Assembly: GCA_963823945.1 (NCBI GenBank)
Contig: CAWGNK010000005.1
Span: 262,057 to 326,056 of the forward strand
Length of the DNA: 64,000 bases
Direction: 5' to 3'
Source: an uncultured Acidimicrobiaceae bacterium
Lineage (GTDB): Bacteria; Actinomycetota; Acidimicrobiia; Acidimicrobiales; Bog-793
Positions 48,251-64,000 of the stretch are shown in pieces (the first letter of the stretch is position 1; the number at the start of each line of letters is the position of its first letter). Both the position numbers and the translations under genes were made by a program. The notes under the pieces are model-generated. The model saw only the letters and a program-made list of their open reading frames with translations. It did no database searches and was not told the DNA's origin.

Positions 48251-48976
48251 ATGTCGAAAAAGGGCAAGCGGTTTGTCGACGCACTGAAGCGGCTGAACCG
48301 CGAGCGGCTCTACTCGCCGGCCGAGGCGGTTGACCTCGTGAAGAGTCTCGCGACGGCGAAGTTCGACGAGACGATCGAGCTCGCGGTACGCCTCGGCGTC
48401 GACCCGCGCCGCGCCGAGCAGATCGTGCGCGGATCGCTGAGCCTGCCCGCCGGGACCGGCCGCACCGTCCGGGTCGCCGTGTTCGCGGCCGGCGAGCCAG
48501 CCGCCGCGGCGAGGGCAGCCGGGGCCGACGTCGTCGGGGCCGACGACCTGGTCACCCGGGTCGAGAAGGAGGGCTTCCTCGACTTCGACGTGGCGATCGC
48601 GACCCCCGACCTGATGTCCCAGGTCGGGCGGCTCGGCCGCATCCTCGGGCCCCGCGGCCTGATGCCGAACCCGAAGACCGGGACGGTGACGGCCGACGTC
48701 GCGGCGGCGGTGGCCGAGTTCCGCGGCGGTCGCGTCGAGTACCGGACCGATCGGACCGGGAACATCAACCTCCGGGTCGGCAAGGCGTCCTTCGACCGTG
48801 TCCAGCTGCTCGAGAACGTCCGCGCGGTGCTCGACGAGCTGCAGCGGGTCAAGCCGGCGACCGCCAAGGGCAAGTACGTGCGCTCGGTGACGCTGGCGTC
48901 GACGATGGGACCCGGCGTGCCGATCGACACGACCCGGATCCGGATCACGGACGAGGACCTCGTCGCGACGGCGTAG
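48251..48976 (+). CDS. rplA: 50S ribosomal protein L1
   Basis: 'FDETIELAVRLGVDPR', 'LGPRGLMPNPKTGTVT'. Confidence 0.97.
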   Translation: MSKKGKRFVDALKRLNRERLYSPAEAVDLVKSLATAKFDETIELAVRLGVDPRRAEQIVRGSLSLPAGTGRTVRVAVFAAGEPAAAARAAGADVVGADDLVTRVEKEGFLDFDVAIATPDLMSQVGRLGRILGPRGLMPNPKTGTVTADVAAAVAEFRGGRVEYRTDRTGNINLRVGKASFDRVQLLENVRAVLDELQRVKPATAKGKYVRSVTLASTMGPGVPIDTTRIRITDEDLVATA

Positions 48977-49167
48977 TGCGACCCGCGCCGGGCCGTGTAA
49001 CCTGTCTGCCGACAAGCGGGCGAGAGCCCGCACGAGCCTGAGACATCCGGTGCGCTGTCACGCGCGTAAAGGGCGAGAGCCCGCCTGACGAGGCAAGCAG
49101 CACCACCGCTTCCCCGTCTCGCCGTGCGCCACGCGCCGTACAGCCGGCCAGTCCGGAGGGAGCGAAC
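48977..49167 (+). promoter_or_regulatory. structured 5' leader of rplJ-rplL (candidate L10/L12 autoregulatory leader)
   Basis: 191-nt untranslated gap before rplJ. It contains two copies of the GNRA-loop hairpin GGGC-GAGA-GCCC, each followed by ..ACGAG (49018-49036 and 49071-49092). The position matches the known L10 leader mechanism. I did not run a covariance model. Confidence 0.4.
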
Positions 49168-49950
49168 GTGGAGACTGAACTGCGCACGCCACGGCCGGAG
49201 AAGGTCGCGGTCGTCGACGACGTGCGAGCCCGGCTGAGTTCCGCCAGCGCGACCATCGTCACCGAGTACCGGGGCCTCTCCGTCGCCCAGCTCCAGGTCC
49301 TGCGGCGGTCGCTCGCCGCGGCCGGGGGCGAGTACCGCGTCTACAAGAACACGCTGGCCCGGCGGGCCGCCCACGAGAGCGGTCTCGACTCGCTCGAAGA
49401 ACTGCTCGACGGCCCCACCGCCCTCGCGTTCGTCACCGGTGACGTCTCCTCGGTCGCCAAGGCGCTGAAGGAGTTCGCCCGGACGAACCCGAAGCTCGTC
49501 GTGAAAGGGGCGCTGGTCGGGAGTGGGATGTTCGACGCCGCGCAGACCTCGGCGCTCGCCGACCTGCCCTCGCGCGACGTCCTGCTCGCCCAGATCGCCG
49601 GCGCGCTCGCCGCGCCGATGCAGGCCTTCGCCGGGCTGCTCAAGGCGCTGCCGCGCAAGTTCGCCTACGGGCTGGCGGCGCTGATCGAGCAGCGGGGCGG
49701 CGTCGCGGTGGCCCCCGAGCCGGTCGCCGAAGAGGCCCCCGCCGGGACAGAGGCCGAGCCGGGCCCGGAGCCCGAAGAGGCGGCCGCACCGGTTGCGGCC
49801 GAGGCGATTGTGGAGCCCGACGCGGCCGAGGCCGCGACCGACACGGCCGAGGCCGTGACCGTCGCCGCCGAGTCCGAGCCCGTCGTCGCCGAGTCCGAGC
49901 CCGCCGGGGAGCCGGCCGGGACTGACGAGTCCGGCGCCACCGGCGACTGA
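49168..49950 (+). CDS. rplJ: 50S ribosomal protein L10 with a long acidic Ala/Glu/Pro-rich C-terminal extension
   Basis: N-terminal ~175 aa are L10-like ('KVAVVDDVRARL', 'TEYRGLSVAQLQVLRRSL', 'RVYKNTLARRA'). The last ~85 aa are low complexity. Confidence 0.93.
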   Translation: METELRTPRPEKVAVVDDVRARLSSASATIVTEYRGLSVAQLQVLRRSLAAAGGEYRVYKNTLARRAAHESGLDSLEELLDGPTALAFVTGDVSSVAKALKEFARTNPKLVVKGALVGSGMFDAAQTSALADLPSRDVLLAQIAGALAAPMQAFAGLLKALPRKFAYGLAALIEQRGGVAVAPEPVAEEAPAGTEAEPGPEPEEAAAPVAAEAIVEPDAAEAATDTAEAVTVAAESEPVVAESEPAGEPAGTDESGATGD

Positions 49951-49998
49951 CGCCGGCTCATCCAGGTCATCTGAATCGAATACAGGAAGGGAACCACG

Positions 49999-50382
49999 AT
50001 GGCGACGAAACAGAGCATCCTCGACGAGATCGCGAACATGACGGTCCTTGAGCTTGCCGACCTTTTGAAGGAGTTCGAGGAGCGCTTCGGCGTGACTGCG
50101 GCGGCGCCCGTCGCCGTGGCGGCGCCGGCGGCCGGTGCGGCCGGCGGAGCCGAGGCCGAGGCCGAGGAACAGGACGAGTTCGACGTCATCCTCGCGGCTG
50201 CCGGAGAGAAGAAGATCCAGGTCATCAAGGAAGTGCGCGCCCTGACGAACCTCGGCCTCAAGGAGGCGAAGGACCTCGTCGACGCGGCCCCCAAGCCGGT
50301 CCTGGAAAAGGTTTCGAAGGACGACGCCGAGAAGGCGAAGGCGCAGCTCGAGGGGGCTGGCGCGACGGTCCAGCTGAAGTAA
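49999..50382 (+). CDS. rplL: 50S ribosomal protein L7/L12
   Basis: '[26 protein letters not shown]', '[20 protein letters not shown]'. Confidence 0.97.
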   Translation: MATKQSILDEIANMTVLELADLLKEFEERFGVTAAAPVAVAAPAAGAAGGAEAEAEEQDEFDVILAAAGEKKIQVIKEVRALTNLGLKEAKDLVDAAPKPVLEKVSKDDAEKAKAQLEGAGATVQLK

Positions 50383-50437
50383 GTGCTGGTGGGGAGGGCC
50401 GGCGGCGTCGCCACCGGTCGTCCCCGGCGGGGACACC

Positions 50438-50466
50438 TTGACCCCGCCCCTCGCGTCCCGTACCCT
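50438..50466 (+). promoter_or_regulatory. possible promoter in the rplL-rpoB spacer (-35 TTGACC, 17 nt, -10 TACCCT)
   Basis: Hexamers at 50438-50443 and 50461-50466. Weak -10. Motif match only. Confidence 0.25.
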
Positions 50467-50634
50467 GCCGCGCGGGAACGCGCGCGTGCGTTGTCCTTCT
50501 GGTCCGCGCGCGCCTATGCTGTGTGCTGTCGTGCTCGTTCGTCGCGCTTCAGATTCAGCCGTGCGGTGACGCGCGCCTGCGGCGCAGCCACCGTTCGTCG
50601 TCCAGCTTGACCTGCTTTCGCGAGGAGTAATCCG

Positions 50635-53600
50635 TTGCCGTCACGTTTCCGCACCCCGGAGCGTTTTTCTTTCGCGAATCTCGACGAAGTCCTGAAGCTT
50701 CCCGATCTTGTCGCCGTCCAGCGCGACTCGTTCGAGTGGTTTCTGCACCGGGGCCTCGCCGAGACGTTCGCCGACATCAGCCCGATCGAGGACTTCACCG
50801 GCCAGCTCCAGCTGAAGCTGGAGTTCGACCCCGAGGACATCGACCTGCGGCCCGAGCCGAAGTTCGACATCGACGCGTGCAAGTCCAAGGACATGACGTA
50901 CGCCGCGCCGATCTTCGTCCGGGCGCAGTTCATGAACGCCTCGACCGGCGAGATCAAAGAGCAGACCGTCTTCATGGGCGACTTCCCGATGATGACCCCG
51001 AAGGGCACGTTCATCATCAACGGGACCGAGCGGGTCGTCGTCAGCCAGCTCGTCCGGTCGCCGGGTGTCATCTTCCAGCCGGGACGCGACGCCAAGACGA
51101 TCGTCACCGGGACCGTCCACCCCTACCGTGGCGAGTGGATCGAGTTCGACGTCGAGGCGAAGCCGGGTCGTGACGTGACGGCGGGGACCCGCGTCGCCCG
51201 CAAGCGCCGGCTGTCGCTCTTCGTGCTGCTGCGCGCCATCGGCTACGAGGACGAGGCGTTCCTCGAGCGCTTCGTCCGCCGCTTCGACTTCCTTTCCAGC
51301 CAGTGGGAGAAAGAGCGCGAGCTCATCCCGACCCGCGACGACGCCCTCCTCGAGATCTACAAGCGGGCGAGGCCGGGCGAGCCGCTGTCGCTCGAGTCCG
51401 CCCGGGCGTACTTCGAGAACGCCTTTTTCAACTCGCGCCGCTACGACCTCACCAGGGTCGGCCGCTACAAGCTCAACCGCAAGCTCGGGCCCGAGATCGA
51501 GAAGATCTCCCAGCTGCTCGAGATCGACCTCGAGCGCCCCGCGCCGGACCAGGGGGTGCTGAGCCCCTCCGAGATCCTCGCGGCGTCGACCTACATGCTC
51601 CACCTCGCCAACGGCGAGCCCGGTTACCGCCTCGACGACCAGGACCACTTCGCCAACCGGCGCATCCGCAGCGTCGGCGAGCTCATCCAGAACCAGGTGC
51701 GGATCGGGCTGAGCCGCATGGAGCGCGTCGTCAGGGAACGGATGACGACCCAGGACGTCGAGGCGATCACGCCGCAGACGCTCATCAACATCCGGCCGGT
51801 CGTCGCCGCCATCAAGGAGTTCTTCGGCACGAGCCAGCTGTCGCAGTTCATGGACCAGCACAACCCGCTGTCGGGACTGGCCCACAAGCGGCGCCTCTCG
51901 GCGCTGGGGCCGGGCGGGCTGTCGCGCGAGCGCGCCGGTTTCGAGGTGCGCGACGTGCACACCTCCCACTACGGCCGGATGTGCCCGATCGAGACGCCCG
52001 AGGGCCCGAACATCGGCCTCATCGGCCACCTCGCGACGTACGCCCGCGTGAACGAGCACGGCTTCATCGAGACCCCGTACCGCAAGGTCACCAACGGCCG
52101 GGTCACCGAGGAGATCGTCTACCTCGCGGCCGACGAGGAGGAGGAGTACGTCATCGCCCAGGCCTCGGCGACCCTCGACCGCAACGGGCATTTCACCGGC
52201 GAGCGCGTGCTCGTCCGGCGCGGGCCGCAGGGCGCCGGGGTGCGCGTCGGCGCGACGACGACCTCGTACGGCACGACGAGCGAGGTCGACTACGTGCTGC
52301 CGGCCGAGGTCGACCTGATGGACGTCTCGCCGAAGCAGATCGTCTCGGTCTCCACGGCGCTCATCCCCTTCGTTGAGCACGACGACGCCAACCGGGCGCT
52401 CATGGGCGCCAACATGCAGAAGCAGGCCGTGCCGCTGCTCGTCTCGGAGGCGCCGTTCATCGGCACCGGAGTCGAGGCCCGCGCCGCCCAGGACGCCGGC
52501 GAGGTGATCGTCGCCGCCGGGGCCGGCCGCATCGCCGAGATCTCCGGCGACCAGGTCACGGTCGAGTACCGCGCCGGCGAGAAGGACCGCTTCGGCGCCG
52601 AGCTCGGCAAGAGGATCTACCCGCTCGCCAAGTTCCGCCGTTCGAACCAGAACACCTGCATCAACCAGAAGGTGCTCGTGGACGAGGGCGACGAGGTGGA
52701 GACCGGCGCCGTGATCGCCGACGGCCCCTCGACCCACAACGGCGAGCTCGCGCTGGGGAAGAACCTGCTCGTCGCTTTCATGCCGTGGGAGGGCTACAAC
52801 TACGAGGACGCCATCATCCTGTCCGAGCGCGTCGTGCGCGACGACGTGCTGACCTCGATCCACATCGAGGAGCACGAGGTCGACGCCCGCGACACCAAGC
52901 TCGGTCCCGAGGAGATCACGCGGGACATCCCGAACCTGTCCGAGGAGATCCTCGCCGATCTCGACGAGCGCGGCATCATCCGCATCGGCGCGGAGGTCGG
53001 CCCTGGCGACGTCCTCGTCGGCAAGGTGACCCCGAAGGGCGAGACGGAGCTCACGCCGGAGGAGCGGCTCTTGCGGGCGATCTTCGGCGAGAAGGCCCGC
53101 GACGTGCGCGACACGAGCCTCAAGGTCCCCCACGGGGAGTCCGGCAAGGTGATCGACGTCCGCGTCTTTTCCCGCGACGACTCCCACGAGCTGCCGCCGG
53201 GGGTGAACCAGCTGGTCAGGGTGTACGTCGCCCAGAAGCGCAAGATCACCGAGGGCGACAAGCTCGCCGGCCGGCACGGGAACAAGGGCGTCGTCTCGCG
53301 GATCCTGCCGATCGAGGACATGCCCTACGCCGCCGACGGGACCCCGGTCGACATCATCTTGAACCCGCTCGGCGTGCCCTCCCGGATGAACGTCGGCCAG
53401 GTCCTCGAGGCGCACCTCGGCTACGCGGCGCGCTGGGGCTGGGACGCGGCCGCCGGGAGCACGACGGGCGTGTCGCCGGCGCGCGGCAACGAGGAGAAGA
53501 CGCGGCCCAAGACCTCGCCGGCGGTGTGGATCTCGACGCCGGTCTTCGACGGGGCGCACTGGGACGAGAAGGCCGAGGCCGGCCGGCACCCGACGATCAA

Positions 53601-54207
53601 GGCGATCTTCGAGCACCTGCACAACGACGCCGCCGACGAATCCGCCCGCCTCATCCAGCCCGACGGGAAGATGACGCTCTACAACGGCCGGACCGGCGAG
53701 CCCTACGACAACCCGATCTGCGTGGGCTACATGTACATCCTGAAGCTCGCGCACCTCGTCGACGACAAGATCCACGCTCGTTCGACGGGCCCGTACTCGA
53801 TGATCACCCAGCAGCCGCTCGGTGGGAAAGCGCAGTTCGGCGGGCAGCGCTTCGGCGAGATGGAGGTCTGGGCCCTCGAGGCCTACGGCGCCGCCTACGC
53901 CCTCCAGGAGCTGCTCACCATCAAGTCCGACGACGTGCTCGGCCGCGTGAAGGTCTACGAGGCGATCGTCAAGGGCGAGAACATCCCCGAACCGGGCATC
54001 CCGGAGAGCTTCAAGGTGCTCATCAAAGAGATGCAGTCGCTCTGCCTCGACGTCGAGGTCCTCGGGGTCTCCGGCGAGCAGATCGAGATGCGGGAGCTCG
54101 ACGAGGACGTGTACCGCGCCGCCGAGGAGTTGGGGATCGACATCAGCCGGCCCGAGCGCGGCTCGGACGAGGAGGACGCCCGTCGCGCCGCCGAGAGGAG
54201 CTTCTAG
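50635..54207 (+). CDS. rpoB: DNA-directed RNA polymerase subunit beta
   Basis: 1190 aa. '[13 protein letters not shown]', '[25 protein letters not shown]', 'GRHGNKGV', '[12 protein letters not shown]'. TTG start after GAGGAG. Confidence 0.98.
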   Translation: MPSRFRTPERFSFANLDEVLKLPDLVAVQRDSFEWFLHRGLAETFADISPIEDFTGQLQLKLEFDPEDIDLRPEPKFDIDACKSKDMTYAAPIFVRAQFMNASTGEIKEQTVFMGDFPMMTPKGTFIINGTERVVVSQLVRSPGVIFQPGRDAKTIVTGTVHPYRGEWIEFDVEAKPGRDVTAGTRVARKRRLSLFVLLRAIGYEDEAFLERFVRRFDFLSSQWEKERELIPTRDDALLEIYKRARPGEPLSLESARAYFENAFFNSRRYDLTRVGRYKLNRKLGPEIEKISQLLEIDLERPAPDQGVLSPSEILAASTYMLHLANGEPGYRLDDQDHFANRRIRSVGELIQNQVRIGLSRMERVVRERMTTQDVEAITPQTLINIRPVVAAIKEFFGTSQLSQFMDQHNPLSGLAHKRRLSALGPGGLSRERAGFEVRDVHTSHYGRMCPIETPEGPNIGLIGHLATYARVNEHGFIETPYRKVTNGRVTEEIVYLAADEEEEYVIAQASATLDRNGHFTGERVLVRRGPQGAGVRVGATTTSYGTTSEVDYVLPAEVDLMDVSPKQIVSVSTALIPFVEHDDANRALMGANMQKQAVPLLVSEAPFIGTGVEARAAQDAGEVIVAAGAGRIAEISGDQVTVEYRAGEKDRFGAELGKRIYPLAKFRRSNQNTCINQKVLVDEGDEVETGAVIADGPSTHNGELALGKNLLVAFMPWEGYNYEDAIILSERVVRDDVLTSIHIEEHEVDARDTKLGPEEITRDIPNLSEEILADLDERGIIRIGAEVGPGDVLVGKVTPKGETELTPEERLLRAIFGEKARDVRDTSLKVPHGESGKVIDVRVFSRDDSHELPPGVNQLVRVYVAQKRKITEGDKLAGRHGNKGVVSRILPIEDMPYAADGTPVDIILNPLGVPSRMNVGQVLEAHLGYAARWGWDAAAGSTTGVSPARGNEEKTRPKTSPAVWISTPVFDGAHWDEKAEAGRHPTIKAIFEHLHNDAADESARLIQPDGKMTLYNGRTGEPYDNPICVGYMYILKLAHLVDDKIHARSTGPYSMITQQPLGGKAQFGGQRFGEMEVWALEAYGAAYALQELLTIKSDDVLGRVKVYEAIVKGENIPEPGIPESFKVLIKEMQSLCLDVEVLGVSGEQIEMRELDEDVYRAAEELGIDISRPERGSDEEDARRAAERSF

Positions 54208-58266
<4,059 letters not shown>

Positions 58267-58280
58267 GCCCCCGCCGCCGG

Positions 58281-58309
58281 TTGCGTAAGCGGCAAGCCGC
58301 ATCTAATAT
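58281..58309 (+). promoter_or_regulatory. candidate sigma70-type promoter of the rpsL-rpsG-fusA-tuf operon (-35 TTGCGT, 17 nt, -10 TAATAT)
   Basis: Hexamers at 58281-58286 and 58304-58309, about 70 nt upstream of rpsL, in an otherwise GC-rich spacer. Confidence 0.45.
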
Positions 58310-58379
58310 TCGCCTGCCGTCTGAGCTGGTGGTTCGCGCCCGTCGGACGGTTCACTGAGAGACACCTGAGAGGAAGCGC

Positions 58380-58751
58380 GTGCCCACAATCGCCCAGCTC
58401 GTGAGGAGCGGACGGGAGTCGAAGCGGTCGAAGACCAAGACGCCCGCCCTGAAGGGCGCGCCCCAGCGGCGCGGCGTGTGCACGCGCGTCTACACGACGA
58501 CGCCGAAGAAGCCGAACTCGGCCCTGCGCAAGGTCGCCCGCGTGCGGCTGACGAGCGGCGTCGAGGTCACGGCGTACATCCCCGGTGTCGGCCACAACCT
58601 CCAGGAGCACTCGATCGTGCTCGTGCGCGGCGGCCGGGTGAAGGACCTGCCGGGTGTCCGCTACAAGATCGTGCGCGGCACGCTCGACACCTCGGGTGTG
58701 CGAGACCGCGCCCAGGCCCGCAGCCGTTACGGCGCCAAGAAGGAATCCTGA
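58380..58751 (+). CDS. rpsL: 30S ribosomal protein S12
   Basis: '[12 protein letters not shown]', '[18 protein letters not shown]', '[18 protein letters not shown]'. Confidence 0.98.
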   Translation: MPTIAQLVRSGRESKRSKTKTPALKGAPQRRGVCTRVYTTTPKKPNSALRKVARVRLTSGVEVTAYIPGVGHNLQEHSIVLVRGGRVKDLPGVRYKIVRGTLDTSGVRDRAQARSRYGAKKES

Positions 58752-59221
58752 TGCCGAGAAGCGGCCCCGCCCCACGGCGCGAGCTCCAGCCGGACCCGGT
58801 CTACCGGTCCGTGCTCGTCACGCAGGTCACCAACCAGGTGCTCTCGCGGGGCAAGCGGAGCCTCGCCCAGCGCATCGTCTACGACGCCCTCGACGTGGTC
58901 GGCGAGAAGACGGCGGGCGACGCCCTGGCGACGTTGAAGCGGGCGCTCGACAACACCCGCCCCGAGCTCGAGGTCCGCTCCCGCCGGGTGGGTGGCACGA
59001 CCTACCAGGTCCCCGTCGAGGTGCGGCCCCGGCGGGCGACGACGCTCTCGATCCGCTGGATCGTGAGCTACGCCCGCCAGCGCCGGGAACGCACGATGGC
59101 GCTGAAGCTCGCCAACGAGATCCTCGACGCCGCCAACGGGTTGGGTGCCGCGGTGAAGCGCCGCGAGGACATCCACAAGATGGCGGAATCCAACCGGGCC
59201 TTCGCCCACTACCGCTGGTAG
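58751..59221 (+). CDS. rpsG: 30S ribosomal protein S7
   Basis: '[18 protein letters not shown]', '[21 protein letters not shown]', 'NRAFAHYRW'. Its ATG overlaps the rpsL stop. Confidence 0.97.
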   Translation: MPRSGPAPRRELQPDPVYRSVLVTQVTNQVLSRGKRSLAQRIVYDALDVVGEKTAGDALATLKRALDNTRPELEVRSRRVGGTTYQVPVEVRPRRATTLSIRWIVSYARQRRERTMALKLANEILDAANGLGAAVKRREDIHKMAESNRAFAHYRW

Positions 59222-59321
59222 ACGGGCCCCGGCCGGGCCGGGGCGCAGCTTCGCACCGCTCGATGCGTCGCGCCCCGTACTCTGTAGGTAGATCGCGCAG
59301 CACTGACGAGAAGACGAATCC

Positions 59322-61418
59322 ATGGCGAACCCCGCACCCCGCCCCACCCCCCTGGCCAACATCCGCAATATCGGGATCATGGCCCACATCGACGCGGGCA
59401 AGACCACCGCGACCGAGCGGATCCTCTACTACACGGGCCGCAACTACAAGATCGGCGAGGTCCACGACGGCGCCGCGACGATGGACTGGATGATCCAGGA
59501 GCAGGAGCGCGGCATCACGATCACCTCGGCCGCGACGACGGCGCACTGGCGCGACTGCGCCGTCAACATCATCGACACGCCGGGTCACGTCGACTTCACC
59601 GTCGAGGTGGAGCGGTCGCTGCGCGTCCTCGACGGGGCCGTCGCCGTCTTCGACGCCGTCGCCGGCGTCGAGCCCCAGACCGAGACGGTCTGGCGCCAGG
59701 CGGACAAGTACAACGTTCCCCGGATCTGCTTCGTGAACAAGATGGACCGTGTCGGCGCCAACTTCGCCCGCACGGTCCAGATGATCCGGGACCGCCTCGA
59801 CGCGATCCCGGCGGTCACCGAGCTGCCGCTCGGCGCCGAGTCCGGCTTCCGCGGGGTCGTCGACGTGGTCGCGATGAAGACCTACGTCTGGGACGATTCC
59901 GACAAGGGCGAGACCTGGCTCGAGGCCGAGGTCCCCGCCGGGCTCCTCGAGGCCGCCGCCGCGGCCCGCCACGATCTCGTCGACGAGATGTCGCACTACG
60001 ACGACACGGTGATGTCGAAGTACGTCCACGACCAGGAGATCACGGCCGGCGACCTGCGAAGAGCACTGCGGGTGGGGACGATCTCCGGCCACATCGTGCC
60101 GGTGCTGTGCGGCTCGGCCTTCAAGAACAAGGGCATCCAGCCTCTGCTCGACGCCGTCGTCGACTACCTGCCGAGCCCCATCGACGTGCCGCCGGCGATC
60201 GGCCGCAGCCTGCGCGGCGACGAGGTCCTCGAGCGGCGCGCCGCCGACGACGAGCGGTTCTCGGCGCTGGCGTTCAAGATCCAGTCCGACCCGTTCGTCG
60301 GCAAGCTCACCTACCTGCGCGTCTACTCGGGGACGCTGCTCAAGGGCTCGGCGGTGCTGAACTCGACGAAGGACAAGCGCGAGCGCATCGGGCGCATCCT
60401 CGAGATGCACGCCAACCACCGCGAGGACCGCGACGCGATCTACGCCGGCGACATCGTCGCCGTCGTGGGGCTGAAGACGACGACGACCGGCGACACGCTG
60501 TGCGACGCCACCCACCCGATCGTGCTCGAGACGCTGACGTTCCCCGAGCCGGTCGTCCACGTCGCCGTCGAGCCGAGGACGAAGTCGGACCAGGACAAGC
60601 TCGGCCGGGCGCTCTTCGCGCTGTCCGAGGAGGATCCGACCTTCCGGGTGCGTACCGACGAGGAGACGGGCCAGACGGTGATCTCCGGCATGGGCGAGCT
60701 GCACCTCGAGGTGCTCGTCGACCGGATGCTGCGCGAGTTCTCCGTCGACGCCCACGTCGGCAAGCCGCAGGTCGCCTACCGCGAGACGATCCGCCACAAG
60801 GTCCACAAGGTCGAGGAGCGCTACGTCCGCCAGACCGGCGGGCACGGCCAGTACGCCCACGTCGTCATCGACCTCGAGCCGACGGGCCCGGGCGGGGGCT
60901 ACGAGTTCGTCGACAAGATCACCGGCGGGGTCATCCCGAAAGAGTTCATCCCCGCCGTCGACCACGGCATCCGCGAGGCGATGGAGTCCGGCGTGCTCGC
61001 CGGCTTCCCGGCCGTCGACCAGCGCGTGACGCTCACCTACGGCTCGTACCACGAAGTCGACTCCTCCGAGATGGCCTTCAAGATCGCCGGCTCGCTCGCC
61101 TGGAAGAAGGCCGCCCGCCGGGCGCACACGGTCATCCTCGAGCCGATCATGTCCGTCGAGATCGTCACCCCCGAGGAGCACATGGGCGATGTGATCGGCG
61201 ACCTGTCCGCGCGCCGCGGCAAGGTCGAGGGCATGGAGCAGCGGGGGACGAGTCAGGTGATCCGGGCGCAGGTTCCATTGTCCGACATGTTCGGCTACGC
61301 TACCGACCTGCGTTCTCGCACCCAGGGGCGCGCGACGTTCACCATGCAGTTCAACTCCTACCAGGAAGTTCCCGATTCGATCGCCCGGGAGATTGTCGCC
61401 CGGGCGACGGGGGAGTGA
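59322..61418 (+). CDS. fusA: elongation factor G
   Basis: '[16 protein letters not shown]', '[11 protein letters not shown]', 'FVNKMDR'. 698 aa. Confidence 0.98.
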   Translation: MANPAPRPTPLANIRNIGIMAHIDAGKTTATERILYYTGRNYKIGEVHDGAATMDWMIQEQERGITITSAATTAHWRDCAVNIIDTPGHVDFTVEVERSLRVLDGAVAVFDAVAGVEPQTETVWRQADKYNVPRICFVNKMDRVGANFARTVQMIRDRLDAIPAVTELPLGAESGFRGVVDVVAMKTYVWDDSDKGETWLEAEVPAGLLEAAAAARHDLVDEMSHYDDTVMSKYVHDQEITAGDLRRALRVGTISGHIVPVLCGSAFKNKGIQPLLDAVVDYLPSPIDVPPAIGRSLRGDEVLERRAADDERFSALAFKIQSDPFVGKLTYLRVYSGTLLKGSAVLNSTKDKRERIGRILEMHANHREDRDAIYAGDIVAVVGLKTTTTGDTLCDATHPIVLETLTFPEPVVHVAVEPRTKSDQDKLGRALFALSEEDPTFRVRTDEETGQTVISGMGELHLEVLVDRMLREFSVDAHVGKPQVAYRETIRHKVHKVEERYVRQTGGHGQYAHVVIDLEPTGPGGGYEFVDKITGGVIPKEFIPAVDHGIREAMESGVLAGFPAVDQRVTLTYGSYHEVDSSEMAFKIAGSLAWKKAARRAHTVILEPIMSVEIVTPEEHMGDVIGDLSARRGKVEGMEQRGTSQVIRAQVPLSDMFGYATDLRSRTQGRATFTMQFNSYQEVPDSIAREIVARATGE

Positions 61419-61584
61419 GGGCCCGAAGCCTTCGGGAGGAGCCGGTGTCGACGGACGTCGACGCTGGGTCGACCCGATCCTCGGGTCGCAGGCAAGCGGG
61501 CGGACAAGCCCGGCAGGTTCAACGCAGTGAGGGAACGGCAGGGCCGAGGGGCGCTGCCCAGAGCAGACGGAGCTGTCGGCACCA

Positions 61585-62772
<1,188 letters not shown>

Positions 62773-62778
62773 TCAGCC

Positions 62779-63093
62779 GTGGCGCAGCGGATCCGTATCC
62801 GGCTCAAGGCCTACGACCACGAGGTGCTCGACCAGTCGACGAAGAAGATCGTCGAGACGGTGATGCGCACCCAGGCGAAGGTGCGCGGCCCGATCCCGCT
62901 GCCGACCGAGCGCCACCGCTACACGGTCGTGCGGTCGCCGCACAAGCACAAGGACAGCCGCGAGCACTTCGAGATGCGGATCCACAAGCGGCTCGTCGAC
63001 ATCGTCGAGCACGGCCCGAAGACCGTCGACTCGCTCCAGCGCCTGGACCTGCCCGCCGGGGTCGACATCGAGATCAAGATCCAGCAGGCCTAG
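62779..63093 (+). CDS. rpsJ: 30S ribosomal protein S10
   Basis: '[25 protein letters not shown]', '[24 protein letters not shown]'. GTG start 6 nt after the tuf stop. Confidence 0.96.
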   Translation: MAQRIRIRLKAYDHEVLDQSTKKIVETVMRTQAKVRGPIPLPTERHRYTVVRSPHKHKDSREHFEMRIHKRLVDIVEHGPKTVDSLQRLDLPAGVDIEIKIQQA

Positions 63094-63358
63094 CGGGCAG
63101 CTGGTGATAGAGTTCTCTCTCGCCGGGACGGTTCCCGGCGGGATGCGAGGACGAAGTCCGAGCGTGCCCCGTCGCATGTGCGTCGGGGGACCGCCCGGCA
63201 CGACTGATCTGCGCTCCGCTCGGTTAACGGGCGGAGCGCCCGCGTGAGAAGGGGTGGTGTCCGCCGCCCCGTCGAACCCGGTGGACGCGGCACTCCCGCG
63301 GCTGGCGGGACCACAACGAGGCCCGGATGGCGGGCCGACACGGAGAAGCGACGAGACG
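63094..63358 (+). other. unusually long structured spacer between rpsJ and rplC (function unknown)
   Basis: 265 nt with no convincing ORF. It holds stable hairpins CGCCGGGA-CGGT-TCCCGGCG (63121-63140), a 7/8-bp hairpin at about 63166-63189, and GCGCTCCGC...GCGGAGCGC (63211-63239). Confidence 0.5.
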
Positions 63359-64000
63359 ATGACACTGAAAGCGGTCGTCGGCGAGAAGATCGGGATGACC
63401 CAGATCTTCGACGCTGAGAACCGGGCGGTCCCCGTCACCGTCGTGAAGGTCGCGCCCCTGCGCGTCGTCCAGGTGAAGACGCCCGAGCGGGAGGGCTACT
63501 CCGCCCTGCAGGTCACCTACGGCTTCCGGCGGCCCGGCGCCGTCAACAAACCCGAGGCGGGGCACCTCGCCAAGGCCGGCGTCGACGCCGGGCGGCGGCT
63601 CGTCGAGCTGCGCGTCGACGACACCGAGGGCTACGCCCCCGGCCAGGAGATCGACCTGTCGATCCTGCAAGCCGGCGAGTTGGTCGACGTCACGGCGATC
63701 TCGAAGGGCAAGGGCTTCGCCGGCGGCATGAAGCGGCACCACTTCTCCGGCCAGGGCGCGGCCCACGGCAACCACAAGAAGCACCGCGCCCCCGGCTCCA
63801 TCGGGGCCTGCGCGACCCCGGCCCGCGTCTTCAAGGGCACGAAGATGGCCGGGCGCATGGGAGCCGAGCGGGTGACGACTCTCAACCTCGAGGTCGTCGA
63901 GGCCGACGCCGAACGCGAGATCGTCCTCGTGAAGGGCGCCGTGCCCGGTCCCCGGGGCGGCCTCGTCGTGATCCGCCAGGCCCTGAAAGGCAGTGCGAAG
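63359..64000 (+). CDS. rplC: 50S ribosomal protein L3 (3' end beyond window)
   Basis: My translation is MTLKAVVGEKIGMTQIFDAENRAVPVTVVKV...SKGKGFAGGMKRHHFSGQGAAHGNHKKHRAPGSIGA. It is open to the window end, so it is absent from the ORF track. Confidence 0.93.
   Translation, partial: MTLKAVVGEKIGMTQIFDAENRAVPVTVVKVAPLRVVQVKTPEREGYSALQVTYGFRRPGAVNKPEAGHLAKAGVDAGRRLVELRVDDTEGYAPGQEIDLSILQAGELVDVTAISKGKGFAGGMKRHHFSGQGAAHGNHKKHRAPGSIGACATPARVFKGTKMAGRMGAERVTTLNLEVVEADAEREIVLVKGAVPGPRGGLVVIRQALKGSAK

Noticed and set aside
63143-63208. 21-codon ORF (MRGRSPSVPRRMCVGGPPGTT) inside the rpsJ-rplC spacer.
   Set aside because: It has no RBS, no recognisable family and unremarkable codon usage. It overlaps the predicted hairpins, so an RNA-level explanation is more likely.

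Overview
High-GC (roughly 70%) chromosomal segment with actinobacterial content and synteny: mycothiol mshA, Ni-SOD sodN/sodX, rex-hem cluster, thrT-metT-rpmG-trpT-secE-nusG order. It is almost entirely core housekeeping. From start to end: a peptide/nickel-type ABC importer (minus strand), a GH3 glycosidase, cspA, uppP, a PIG-L deacetylase, a TraR/DksA zinc finger, sodN/sodX, mshA, proC plus a small excisionase-type HTH gene, one IS110-family insertion sequence, rex-hemA-hemC/D-hemB-hemL, a geranylgeranyl reductase, the complete nuoA-N operon (20.6-36.0 kb), yajQ, tRNA-Tyr, a DHA2 MFS transporter, a short stretch of small uncharacterised genes (an HTH plus Clp_N pair), three polytopic membrane proteins (two of them GT-C-like), a PAT-type GNAT, tRNA-Thr/Met, rpmG, tRNA-Trp, and then secE-nusG-rplKAJL-rpoBC-rpsLG-fusA-tuf-rpsJ-rplC (rplC runs off the end). 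I found no CRISPR array, defence island, prophage or biosynthetic cluster, and no convincing novel multi-gene system. The points worth a second look are local. (1) rex and hemL are each broken by a small insertion, next to the IS110 copy. (2) hemC and hemD are fused. (3) The junctions around rpsJ are unusual: it sits 6 nt after tuf and is followed by a 265-nt structured spacer before rplC. (4) L10 carries an acidic tail of about 85 aa and has a leader with twin GAGA hairpins. (5) A translationally coupled HTH/Clp_N gene pair lies behind a leaderless-looking promoter covered by perfect palindromes. All functional calls rest on motif and family recognition by eye. No database search was run.
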